Source of the DNA: an uncultured Clostridia bacterium | GTDB taxonomy: Bacteria > Bacillota > Clostridia > Christensenellales > CAG-917 | DNA length: 64,000 nt | Assembly (NCBI GenBank): GCA_934233745.1 | Contig: CAKQGN010000005.1 | Location: forward strand, 37,257 to 101,256 | Reading direction: 5' to 3' | Shown here: in pieces, positions 38,706-46,943 of the stretch | Layout of the letters: every line of letters begins with the position of its first letter | How positions within the stretch are numbered: position 1 is the first letter of the stretch | Program-made: the position numbers and the translations under genes | Notes under the pieces: generated by a model | What the model was told of the DNA's origin: nothing | Seen by the model: only the letters and a program-made list of their open reading frames with translations | Databases searched by the model: none

Positions 38706-39422
38706 ATGACTTACAAAGATCTCAGAATCGTATACGAAGACAATCACATTCTGGTTGTTGTCAAACCCTATGACGTGCCTGTACAGGCAGACGAAAGCGG
38801 AGATGCGGACATGCTCACAATGCTCAAACAGTATCTTGTGGAGAAGTATGACAAACCGGGCGATGCGTATCTCGGACTCGTGCATAGACTGGATCGTCCG
38901 ACGGGCGGAGTGATGGTATTTGCAAAAACTTCAAAAGCGGCGTCAAGACTTTGCGAAGCAATCCGTGACGGAGGCGTTGAAAAAAGATATCTTGCGATTG
39001 TCGACGGTGCGCCGAGATACAGCGCAGACAAACTTACGTGCTATCTCAAAAAGTTTCCCGACACAAACACGGTTAAGGTTGTTCCAGCGCTTTCCGAAGG
39101 CGCAAAGTATGCCGAGCTCGATTACAAAGTTTTGTCCAAAAAGACGGATGTCAGCTTGTTGATGGTCAATCTTATCACAGGGCGCGGTCATCAAATCAGA
39201 GTCCAGCTTGCCAATATGGGCAACCCCATTGTCGGCGACAAAAAATACGGAAACGGCGCGCAAACCAAATATCCGCTCTGTCTTTGGGCAACCGAACTTC
39301 GCTTTGTTCACCCCGTCAGCGCAAAAGAAATGGTGTTTAGGGTATATCCTCCCGAAGTTGCGCCCTGGACGCTCTTTGACATGGACGCTTTTTTGAATAT
39401 AACCATAAAGAACTGCTATTGA
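38706..39422 (+). CDS. RluA-family pseudouridine synthase (no S4 domain)
   Basis: Catalytic motif HRLDRPTGGVMVFAKT. GRGHQIRVQLA. Confidence 0.85.
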   Translation: MTYKDLRIVYEDNHILVVVKPYDVPVQADESGDADMLTMLKQYLVEKYDKPGDAYLGLVHRLDRPTGGVMVFAKTSKAASRLCEAIRDGGVEKRYLAIVDGAPRYSADKLTCYLKKFPDTNTVKVVPALSEGAKYAELDYKVLSKKTDVSLLMVNLITGRGHQIRVQLANMGNPIVGDKKYGNGAQTKYPLCLWATELRFVHPVSAKEMVFRVYPPEVAPWTLFDMDAFLNITIKNCY

Positions 39423-39689
39423 TAGCGTAGATTCGATTCGTTCGCATATAAAACGCCGCCGAAAACGAAGCTTGACACGAAATTTTTGCCTTTGCGCAAA
39501 ACATTTCGGTTGCTTCAAAATCGACGGCGTTTTTAGTGAAAAAATATATTGAACATTGAATTATTTTTGAACAATTATTGATGTTTTGCCGTTCTAAGCG
39601 ACTTTTTGCCGTGTTTTTTTCGTTTTTGCGTATGCTTAAAAGTCCGATGCGGTCGGATGGTTTTTTCGACTTAAATTGTATTTGGGATT

Positions 39690-40178
39690 TTACATATTTT
39701 TTGCGACAAAATATTTATCGTTTTGTATTCTTTTATATACAGAGCCTACGTACTTGTCGTTTGAAAATTCTTCTTGCAGTTTTCTTTCTCCGTAACCCAG
39801 AGCGGATAATGCTTTGGCAAATTCGTCTTCGGCAATTTCAAGCCGTCGGAACGTTGTTCGCATTGCGATTTTTCTTGACTCGGAGATTTCGCCGAAAGTT
39901 TTTTTGTTTATCATTCGGTCTATCAAGATATCTCTGGATTTTTCCTTCATGTTTTTCAAAGCGTTGCAAACTGCGTATCGCAAGTTTACGATTTTGCGCT
40001 TTTCCTCGGTCATTTCGATGATTTCACCAATTAATTGTTCGTTGCTTACACCGATTTTCAAATGTTTGCTTTGATAACTTGATTTTACGCGGTTTGCGAT
40101 GCCGAAATCGAGTTCTTTTACGATTTTTGGCAAAAGGACATACGCAACAAGCGCAGTGTTGCTCCAACTTTTTTTCAT
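39690..40178 (-). CDS. small protein with a sigma-70 region-4-like helix-turn-helix
   Basis: GGAGGGA RBS precedes ATG 40178. ILIDRMINKKTFGEISESRKIAMRTTFRRLEIA resembles sigma region 4. No region 2 was recognised. Confidence 0.45.
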   Translation of the reverse strand: MKKSWSNTALVAYVLLPKIVKELDFGIANRVKSSYQSKHLKIGVSNEQLIGEIIEMTEEKRKIVNLRYAVCNALKNMKEKSRDILIDRMINKKTFGEISESRKIAMRTTFRRLEIAEDEFAKALSALGYGERKLQEEFSNDKYVGSVYKRIQNDKYFVAKNM

Positions 40179-40286
40179 TTTTCCCTCCGATTTGCGGAAA
40201 TATAACAAATTCCTTGGCTACACAATACAAGACAAAATTATGATAAGTCAATATTTTATGTCATTTTTTTTACTATTTTTTTTCAT

Positions 40287-41312
40287 CTATAATGTCAATA
40301 TGCCAAAAATGAATGCAAAAACCATGCTTAAAGCGCATTGCGTAAGTTTTTTCAATATAAGTTCGAAGAAGCGAATGTTGCACTTTGACAAAAAGGTGTA
40401 ACTTTGAAGCGTAACCGACAATCCTCCAAAAGACACCGCACCCGCACACAGCATGGTTGCAAGTCGGATGTTTGCGCATTTTGAACACTCGATGCTTGCT
40501 CTTGTCATTTCGATAAAGGAATAGATTACGGCAAGTACAGGTTGTGACGCGTCAGTGAAGTTTGCAACGACATTCCTTATGCCGACAAGTTCGAGCGTGT
40601 CGACAATCATTCCGCAAATCACGATATATCCGCCCACGTAAAGCATATTTATCGTTGCTTTGGATATTGCGCAAGACAATATGTCGTCTATATCGGTTTT
40701 TGAAGAAAATGCGGTTGCCGTATCATCGGACTTTCTTTTTCTGTATAATAGTCCGTTGGCAATCGCTCCGAGGTAGTGTGCCGCAAGCACAATCATACCG
40801 ACTTTCGTATTGTCGAATATTGCCCCGCCAATCGTGCCGATCATAAAAACAGGTCCTGAAGTCGAGCAAAACGAGCAAATTCTTTTTGCGTCGTTTTGTG
40901 AGATTGCACCTGCGTTGTAAAGTTCGTATATCGTGCTTGCGCCGACAGGGTAGCCGCAAAGCATGCTCAAAAACAACACGTACGCGCTTTCCTTTGGCGC
41001 ATTGAACAACAGCTTTACGCCTTTTGCGCCCGCTCTCGATATCGCGCCCACAGCCCCCATGTATGTCAGTAGCAGCGAGCAAAAATAGAAAGGAAACAAC
41101 GAGGGAAGTACGCTCGACGCAAAAAGACTCAACCCGCGTCTTGCAGAATCCAGATAGTATTGCGGTTTTGCAAGCAAAAACCCCATAAAAGCGACAATAG
41201 CAAGACAAGCAAACGTTTTTGCCGCATGTGCGTGACAAATAGTTTTTTCGGCAGAAGTTTTGATGTATGATTTTTTTCTTGATTTTCGATTTGCCGCAAC
41301 GGTATCGGACAT
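40287..41312 (-). CDS. ylbJ: YlbJ-like sporulation integral membrane protein (nucleoside-recognition Gate domains)
   Basis: Polytopic. N-terminal GLSLFASSVLPSLFPFYF is typical of YlbJ. Adjacent to the ylbM homolog, as in Bacillus. Confidence 0.65.
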   Translation of the reverse strand: MSDTVAANRKSRKKSYIKTSAEKTICHAHAAKTFACLAIVAFMGFLLAKPQYYLDSARRGLSLFASSVLPSLFPFYFCSLLLTYMGAVGAISRAGAKGVKLLFNAPKESAYVLFLSMLCGYPVGASTIYELYNAGAISQNDAKRICSFCSTSGPVFMIGTIGGAIFDNTKVGMIVLAAHYLGAIANGLLYRKRKSDDTATAFSSKTDIDDILSCAISKATINMLYVGGYIVICGMIVDTLELVGIRNVVANFTDASQPVLAVIYSFIEMTRASIECSKCANIRLATMLCAGAVSFGGLSVTLQSYTFLSKCNIRFFELILKKLTQCALSMVFAFIFGILTL

Positions 41313-41389
41313 ATAAAAAGCATATTCGCTTTTTTTTCGAATATGCTCTTAAATCGAATTGAAAATAGCAAATTGCTATGTCGTTGAGT

Positions 41390-42484
41390 TTAATAGCAGA
41401 GTTTTTGGATTTTTGCCGCCTTTTCGTCAAGATCCACAAGAGGACGGACGGGGCAGTCCTTTTCACAGTCGCTGTGTTTGAAGAAGAAATATCCGTCCGA
41501 TTGGGCAAGCAGAGCGAACAAAGCTTTTTTCTTTGACGGTTTGCAAGCCAAAACCGTGCAGTACGGGCGCTCTTGACTTGCAAGATTAACCAAATCTTTT
41601 GTCACACCCAGTGTAGCGCAGGCGGCGATTCGCTTTATCGTCGAACGGGTGTAGCGTTTGCTTGTAAGTCCCAAAAATTCATCCATGTTATTGAACGACG
41701 ATTGAGAAATACGGTTTTCCATACCTTCGCTGATGTTTGCGATTTCTTTTAGCTCGGATGCGCTCATAGCCTTCATGGCATAGGTCGAGATGACGTTGTA
41801 TTTGTCGATATTTGCATGATTCGACAAGTCGACAAACGGCGGAACATATGCCGATATATCTTCGTTTTGTGCGATTAGATTGCGGATTTTTGTCGATGAG
41901 AGATACTTTTTGCCGTCATCGGGTTTTCGCTCGACAGAGTGATATTGCACTTTGCCTTCGTACGCCGCGCCGGCTTTCATATACTCGACCGCCAGGATGT
42001 TGTTGGGCGATTTGAGCATATTTGATACATCGGGACGGATTTTGTCAAGCGCAAGGGTGCGGGATTTTGCAACCGAAAAGCCTTCCGACAAATAGCCTTT
42101 GAGCAGATTGCTCACGTCTTTCGATTCGCTTCTCATAAATTCGGCAGCCATATTCAAATCCTCGATTTCATCGCTTTCCGTGCCGAAAGAGAGTGTGAAT
42201 TCGCCAAGCATCGACAAAGTTTTAAGTGCGCCTTCCGCAAATCCTTTTGCGGTTGAGAGAGAGTAAACGGTGGGAAGTTCCAGCACCAAATCCGCACCTG
42301 CCGAAATAGCCCAATTTGCGCGCGTGTAGCGGTCTTGAATACACAAATCGCCGTGTTGAGTGAAGGATGAACTCATCACGACGACAAGTGCGTCGGCATC
42401 GGTTTCCTTTTTGGCTTTTTTGAGTTGTTTCAGATGCCCGTTGTGAAAGGGGTTATATTCTGCAATTATAGCGGTTATTTTCAA
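41390..42484 (-). CDS. tmcAL: tRNA(Met) cytidine acetate ligase (YlbM/TmcAL nucleotidyltransferase)
   Basis: N-terminus MKITAIIAEYNPFHNGHLKQL (HxGH nucleotidyltransferase signature of the UPF0348 family). Confidence 0.8.
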   Translation of the reverse strand: MKITAIIAEYNPFHNGHLKQLKKAKKETDADALVVVMSSSFTQHGDLCIQDRYTRANWAISAGADLVLELPTVYSLSTAKGFAEGALKTLSMLGEFTLSFGTESDEIEDLNMAAEFMRSESKDVSNLLKGYLSEGFSVAKSRTLALDKIRPDVSNMLKSPNNILAVEYMKAGAAYEGKVQYHSVERKPDDGKKYLSSTKIRNLIAQNEDISAYVPPFVDLSNHANIDKYNVISTYAMKAMSASELKEIANISEGMENRISQSSFNNMDEFLGLTSKRYTRSTIKRIAACATLGVTKDLVNLASQERPYCTVLACKPSKKKALFALLAQSDGYFFFKHSDCEKDCPVRPLVDLDEKAAKIQKLCY

Positions 42485-42584
42485 AATACATCCTCATATT
42501 GTTGATTTTTATTTTTTAAGTAACTATAATTATATCTAAAAATAAAACATTTGCAATAAATGTGCAACATTTTAGGAGTTTTAT

Positions 42585-43586
42585 ATGACGCAATTTGTTG
42601 AAAACCTCATGATCAGAGCAAGCAAACTCTCAAAAACGATCGCGCTTGCAGAAGGTACGGATGTACGAGCGGCAAAAGCAGCCGAGATTCTCACTCAAAA
42701 GAAAGTGTGCAAGGTCGTTCTCATCGGCAATGAAGACGAGATCAAGTCCAAATTTCCCGAAATCGATTTTAGCGGCGTTTCTTTTGACGATCCCAAGACA
42801 AGCGAACACAGAGCGGAATATGCAAACACTCTTTATGAGCTTCGCAAAGCAAAAGGCATGACAGAGGAGCAAGCATTTAACATTGTCACGACAAACAATA
42901 TGTTTTACGCTTGCGTGGCACTCAAACGCGGCGATGTCGACGGTGTTGTAGGTGGGGCGGTGTTCAGCTCCGCAGACGTATCAAGAGCGGCATTCCAGGT
43001 CATCAAGGCGGCCCCCGGCATTAGTTCGGTTTCGAGTTGTTTTGTTATGGTGCCTCCCGAGGATTTCAAATACAAAAAATATCCCGCATACATTTTCTCC
43101 GATTGCGCAGTCATTCCCTATCCTACAAGCGACCAACTTGCCGACATCGTCGTTGCGGCAGCGGACAGCTCAAAGAAAATTTGCCAGACGGATGCTAAAA
43201 TCGCAATGCTCTCCTTCTCGACAAAAGGCAGTGCAAATCATGAATCTGTCGAAAAAGTGCGCGTCGCATATCAAAAAGTCAAACAAGAGCATCCCGAAAT
43301 CGTTGTTGACGGCGAACTTCAACTCGATGCGTCTTTGGTTGACAGCGTAGCAAATCAGAAAGCTCCCGGCAGCCCAGTCGCAGGTCAAGCGAACGTCCTC
43401 GTTTTCCCGAATCTTGACGCGGGCAACATCGGCTACAAGATTGCTCAACGTTTCGGCAACTGCATGGCAATCGGACCTATCATGCAAGGGCTTGCTCTCC
43501 CTGTAAACGATTTGAGCAGAGGTTGCGTTGCCGAGGACATTGCGGCAGTTGCGGCAATCACCGTGCTTCAATCGGTAAAAGACTAA
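42585..43586 (+). CDS. pta: phosphate acetyltransferase
   Basis: 333 aa; FSTKGSA, GELQLDA, ANVLVFPNLDAGNIGYK. Immediately upstream of ackA. Confidence 0.9.
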   Translation: MTQFVENLMIRASKLSKTIALAEGTDVRAAKAAEILTQKKVCKVVLIGNEDEIKSKFPEIDFSGVSFDDPKTSEHRAEYANTLYELRKAKGMTEEQAFNIVTTNNMFYACVALKRGDVDGVVGGAVFSSADVSRAAFQVIKAAPGISSVSSCFVMVPPEDFKYKKYPAYIFSDCAVIPYPTSDQLADIVVAAADSSKKICQTDAKIAMLSFSTKGSANHESVEKVRVAYQKVKQEHPEIVVDGELQLDASLVDSVANQKAPGSPVAGQANVLVFPNLDAGNIGYKIAQRFGNCMAIGPIMQGLALPVNDLSRGCVAEDIAAVAAITVLQSVKD

Positions 43587-43599
43587 TAGGAGATAAAAC

Positions 43600-44790
43600 A
43601 TGAAAATTCTCGTTATCAATGCAGGCAGTTCTTCGCTCAAATATCAACTCATCGATATGTCCACAGAGCAGGCAATCATCAAAGGACTTTGCGAACGTAT
43701 CACGTTCAAGGGCGGTGAGCTTACCCAAAAGACCGCCGACGGCAGAGTTCTGAATATCAAACACGATATGAAGGATCACACCGAGGCAATCGAGCTTGTT
43801 CTCAAAGCAATGGTCGATCCCGAGTTCGGAGCAATCAAATCCACCGATGAAATCAGTGCGGTAGGACACAGAGTTCTTCACAGCGGTGAAGACTTCGATT
43901 CGTCCGTTGTTATAGATGACGACGTTATCCGTATTTGCGAGAAAAACGCAGAGCTTGGACCTCTCCATATGCCGGGCAACATCGCTTGTATCAAAAGTTG
44001 CAGAGAAGTTATGCCGGGTGTTCCGATGGTTGCGGTGTTCGATACCACATTCCACAGCACAATGCCTGCAAAAGCGTATATGTACGGCATTCCTTATTCC
44101 GTATACGACCAATACAAAGTCAGAAAATACGGTTTTCACGGCACTTCTCACAAATTTGTCAGTGAAGAAACCATCAAACTTCTCGGCAAAAAGAACAGCA
44201 AAATTATTGTATGCCACCTTGGCAACGGTTCGTCGATTTCCGCAGTCAAAGACGGCAAGTGCATGGACACTTCCATGGGCTTTACGCCCCTTGAAGGTCT
44301 TGTGATGGGCACAAGATCGGGCGATATCGATCCGGCGGCAAGCGAATATATACGCGCAAAACTCGGTCTGACTCCCGAAGAACTCGTGCAGTATCTCAAC
44401 AAAAAATGCGGTATGCTCGGCGTGAGCGAGCTTAGCTCGGATATGCGCGATCTCGAAAAGGGCATAAACGAAGGCAATTTTAAGGCAAAACTTGCCGTTG
44501 AAGTTGCCGCCTATCGCATCAAAAAATACATCGGCGCGTATGCCGCAACGCTCAACGGAGTCGACGCAATCGTATTTACGGGCGGCATCGGTGAACATAG
44601 CGATCTTATGCGCAGACTCGTCATGGAAGATATGGAATATCTCGGCGTCGATTTCGACTTTGAGGCAAACAAGGTCTTTGAAGACGGTGTGAGAGTTATT
44701 TCAAAACCCGACAGCAAGGTCAAGGTTATCATTCTTCCCACAAACGAAGAGCTTTCAATCGCAAGAGAAACCAAAGCGCTTGCGCTTTAA
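43600..44790 (+). CDS. ackA: acetate kinase
   Basis: MKILVINAGSSSLKYQL, HRVLHSGE, VCHLGNGSS, FTGGIGEHS. Confidence 0.95.
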   Translation: MKILVINAGSSSLKYQLIDMSTEQAIIKGLCERITFKGGELTQKTADGRVLNIKHDMKDHTEAIELVLKAMVDPEFGAIKSTDEISAVGHRVLHSGEDFDSSVVIDDDVIRICEKNAELGPLHMPGNIACIKSCREVMPGVPMVAVFDTTFHSTMPAKAYMYGIPYSVYDQYKVRKYGFHGTSHKFVSEETIKLLGKKNSKIIVCHLGNGSSISAVKDGKCMDTSMGFTPLEGLVMGTRSGDIDPAASEYIRAKLGLTPEELVQYLNKKCGMLGVSELSSDMRDLEKGINEGNFKAKLAVEVAAYRIKKYIGAYAATLNGVDAIVFTGGIGEHSDLMRRLVMEDMEYLGVDFDFEANKVFEDGVRVISKPDSKVKVIILPTNEELSIARETKALAL

Positions 44791-44895
44791 TGTTCAAATG
44801 CGATGCTTTTTCGATGATTTTGCAGATTAAAATGCGAAATTGTCATGAAATGCAAAAATAATATCGTCAAATCAACGCAACTTTGATAAAAGCGT

Positions 44896-44924
44896 TTGAC
44901 AACTTTTGTTGGATTTTATATAAT
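44896..44924 (+). promoter_or_regulatory. sigma-A-type promoter for rpmF
   Basis: TTGACA, 17 nt, TATAAT (consensus in both hexamers). Confidence 0.6.
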
Positions 44925-44971
44925 CAAAAAGCTGTATAAGCAAATGTTGCGAAAATATCGGAGGTAAGAAG

Positions 44972-45157
44972 ATGGCAGTACCTAAAAATAAAGTGTCGAA
45001 ATCCAAAACGAATTCTCGTTTTGCAAACTGGAAACTCAAAACACCCGGTCTCACCGAGTGCCCCCAATGCCACGAATTGATCAAGAGCCACCAAGTATGT
45101 CCCAAATGCGGATATTATGACGGTGAGCAGGTTGTTCAAAAAAAGAGCGAAAAATAA
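44972..45157 (+). CDS. rpmF: 50S ribosomal protein L32
   Basis: MAVPKNKVSKSK N-terminus. Zinc ribbon CPQC..CPKC. Confidence 0.9.
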   Translation: MAVPKNKVSKSKTNSRFANWKLKTPGLTECPQCHELIKSHQVCPKCGYYDGEQVVQKKSEK

Positions 45158-45162
45158 TTTAA

Positions 45163-45272
45163 CCGCACTATTTGGCAAATTACATCGTAAGAGCCACTTT
45201 CCCAAACAGTCACGTACAAAGAGTACGCTTCTGCTTGTGAAAGCGGCTCTTTCTTGTGCTTTATCAAAGTGT
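45163..45272 (+). repeat. long-hairpin 3'-end element, copy 3
   Basis: Same architecture as 31677-31797. Stem AGAGCCACTTTCCCAAACAG..CTGCTTGTGAAAGCGGCTCT. Shared apex CAGTCACGTAC..AGTACGCT. Confidence 0.6.
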
Positions 45273-45324
45273 TGATTCATTGCGAGGAGCAACGAGAGTT
45301 GCGATAAGGCGTACTTATAAACGA

Positions 45325-45359
45325 TATGTGCAACTTCAAAGACGGAACACGAGCCGCAA
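45325..45359 (+). repeat. 35-nt direct repeat, copy 1
   Basis: TATGTGCAACTTCAAAGACGGAACACGAGCCGCAA, identical to 45519-45553. Confidence 0.85.
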
Positions 45360-45370
45360 CGGCAATGTAA

Positions 45371-45459
45371 GTGATATGCACGAATTCGTGCGTGATATTG
45401 TTGCTTTTTGCAACAATGATATTTGCGCTTTGCGCAAGTGATATTGCAACTTCGTTGCA
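45371..45459 (+). repeat. array of four [R]TGATAT-anchored mini-hairpins with four different perfect stems
   Basis: Four units: GTGATAT+GCACGAATTCGTGC, GTGATAT+TGTTGC-TTTTT-GCAACA, ATGATAT+TTGCGC-TTT-GCGCAA, GTGATAT+TGCAAC-TTC-GTTGCA. Confidence 0.85.
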
Positions 45460-45518
45460 GTTGTAGGTGGGACACTCACACCCGAACGGACACTTATTTA
45501 GGGCGTTCTTATACACGG

Positions 45519-45553
45519 TATGTGCAACTTCAAAGACGGAACACGAGCCGCAA
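45519..45553 (+). repeat. 35-nt direct repeat, copy 2
   Basis: Identical 35-mer, 194 bp downstream of copy 1. Confidence 0.85.
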
Positions 45554-45903
45554 GGCGGCGAGCAAGCGAACGCCGAGCTTGACGGATAGTACAAGCGACT
45601 GCGCCGTATTGTTGCGAAGCTGGCGCAAAAAGCGCAGTGGCATAATGAGGGAAATGTCCCTATCTATGCGAGTGCTGAGTGTTGTCCCCCGCTACGCGGT
45701 CACCGTGGGTGCCCTCAAGGTCACGCAGAGGGGGAACGGTGATAGGGAAAACACGTGAGGAAAGGGGACATAGTATTCAGAGTTCTAAACATTAACAATT
45801 TGTAGATGAAGAACAAAAGCACGTTTTGGGTTGTTAAATACTTCTTGTATTATTCTTTTGTTTTTGGTATAATTTGAAATAATAAAATACAATATGGTGA
45901 TTT

Positions 45904-46938
45904 ATGAAAATTATAGTTGACGCAATGGGGGGCGATAACGCTCCGTTGCAAATCGTGCTTGGCGCTGTTGAGGCATTGAAACAGGACAAACAGCTCAAAG
46001 TCGCTCTTGTGGGCGATGAATGCGCAATAAATCAATCGCTTGCCGAGTGCAAAGATTATGACAAGGGCAGATTGGATATAATCGACGCCAAGGACGTCAT
46101 CACAAACGATGACACGCCAACCACAGCGATAAGAACAAAAAAGGAAAGTTCGCTTGTCAAGGCTTTTGACGCGCTCAATCACGATGAGGAGGCGGGCGGT
46201 TTTGTGTCGGCAGGCTCAACCGGTGCCGTTTTGGTGGGAGCATACCTCAAAGTCGGGCGTATAAAAGGCGTAACTCGTCCTGCTCTTGCCCCTGTGCTTC
46301 CGACTCTCAAAGGCAACGGCGTTGTGCTTTGCGATTGCGGCGCAAACGTGGACTGCAAAAGCATAAACCTTGTTCATTTTGCTATTATGGCAAGTGCATA
46401 TGCCTCTGCAATGCTCGGTGCGAAAAATCCGCGCGTGGGACTTCTCAACAACGGTGTAGAGGAGCATAAAGGCAATGAACTTACACAAGAAGCACACAAG
46501 TTGCTTGCAAAAACCGAGGGTATAAATTTTGTCGGCAATTGTGAGGCAAGAGATATTCTGAGCGGTGATTTCGATGTGGTGGTGTGCGACGGCTTCAACG
46601 GCAATATCGCTCTCAAATCCGCAGAAGGCACGGCAAACACCATGCTTTCGCTCATAAAAGAGGGTGTCTACGGCGGAGGACTCAAATCAAAACTCGGCGC
46701 GCTTATGCTCAAACCCGTTTTTGCGGGCGTAAAAAAGAAAATGGACTACAACGCACACGGAGGCGCATGTTTCCTCGGCGTTAAAAAGGTTGTTGTCAAA
46801 TCACACGGAGCATCAAAAGCAAAATCAATCACCGCAAGTATCTTGCAGGCAAAATCTCTTGCGGACAGCCGAATTTGCGAGAAAATAGCAGAGGGTATGA
46901 GCGTTCTCGAAAAGCCCGAAACGCAAGCCAACGATTGA
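45904..46938 (+). CDS. plsX: phosphate acyltransferase
   Basis: MKIIVDAMGGDNAP N-terminus; VSAGSTGA; 344 aa. Confidence 0.95.
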   Translation: MKIIVDAMGGDNAPLQIVLGAVEALKQDKQLKVALVGDECAINQSLAECKDYDKGRLDIIDAKDVITNDDTPTTAIRTKKESSLVKAFDALNHDEEAGGFVSAGSTGAVLVGAYLKVGRIKGVTRPALAPVLPTLKGNGVVLCDCGANVDCKSINLVHFAIMASAYASAMLGAKNPRVGLLNNGVEEHKGNELTQEAHKLLAKTEGINFVGNCEARDILSGDFDVVVCDGFNGNIALKSAEGTANTMLSLIKEGVYGGGLKSKLGALMLKPVFAGVKKKMDYNAHGGACFLGVKKVVVKSHGASKAKSITASILQAKSLADSRICEKIAEGMSVLEKPETQAND

Positions 46939-46943
46939 CGCAG

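Noticed and set aside
39578-40021. 147-aa + strand ORF overlapping the sigma-like gene
   Set aside because: F/L/R-rich product of a T-rich strand with no RBS. The minus-strand gene has a GGAGGGA RBS and an HTH-like segment.
43558-44598. 346-aa minus-strand ORF antisense to ackA
   Set aside because: ackA on the + strand has unambiguous acetate kinase motifs. The antisense frame shows no motifs.
45371-45459. Possibility that the GATAT hairpin arrays are a CRISPR array
   Set aside because: The constant part is only 6-7 nt, units are 21-24 nt, the variable parts are palindromes, and no cas genes are present.
44924-45758. ORFs 44924..45475(-), 45256..45441(+), 45277..45594(-), 45423..45758(+) in the rpmF-plsX gap
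   Set aside because: They overlap each other and the hairpin and direct repeats. The translations are R/C-rich with no RBS or motifs.
45745-45762. Canonical parS (AAACACGTGAGG contains a CACGTG core)
   Set aside because: The flanks do not match TGTTNCACGTGAAACA; the halves are wrong on both sides.
45750-45772. RNase P RNA P4-like string GTGAGGAAAGGGGACAT
   Set aside because: It only loosely resembles GAGGAAAGUCC. None of the other universally conserved RNase P elements could be found on either strand nearby.
45790-45860. Possible fifth, inverted copy of the long-hairpin element (minus-strand GCTTTTGTTCTTCATCTACAAAT)
   Set aside because: Only the TTCTTCATCT box and a weak GAATAAT box are present. 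No convincing long stem, so it was not listed as a feature; it may be a degenerate fragment.
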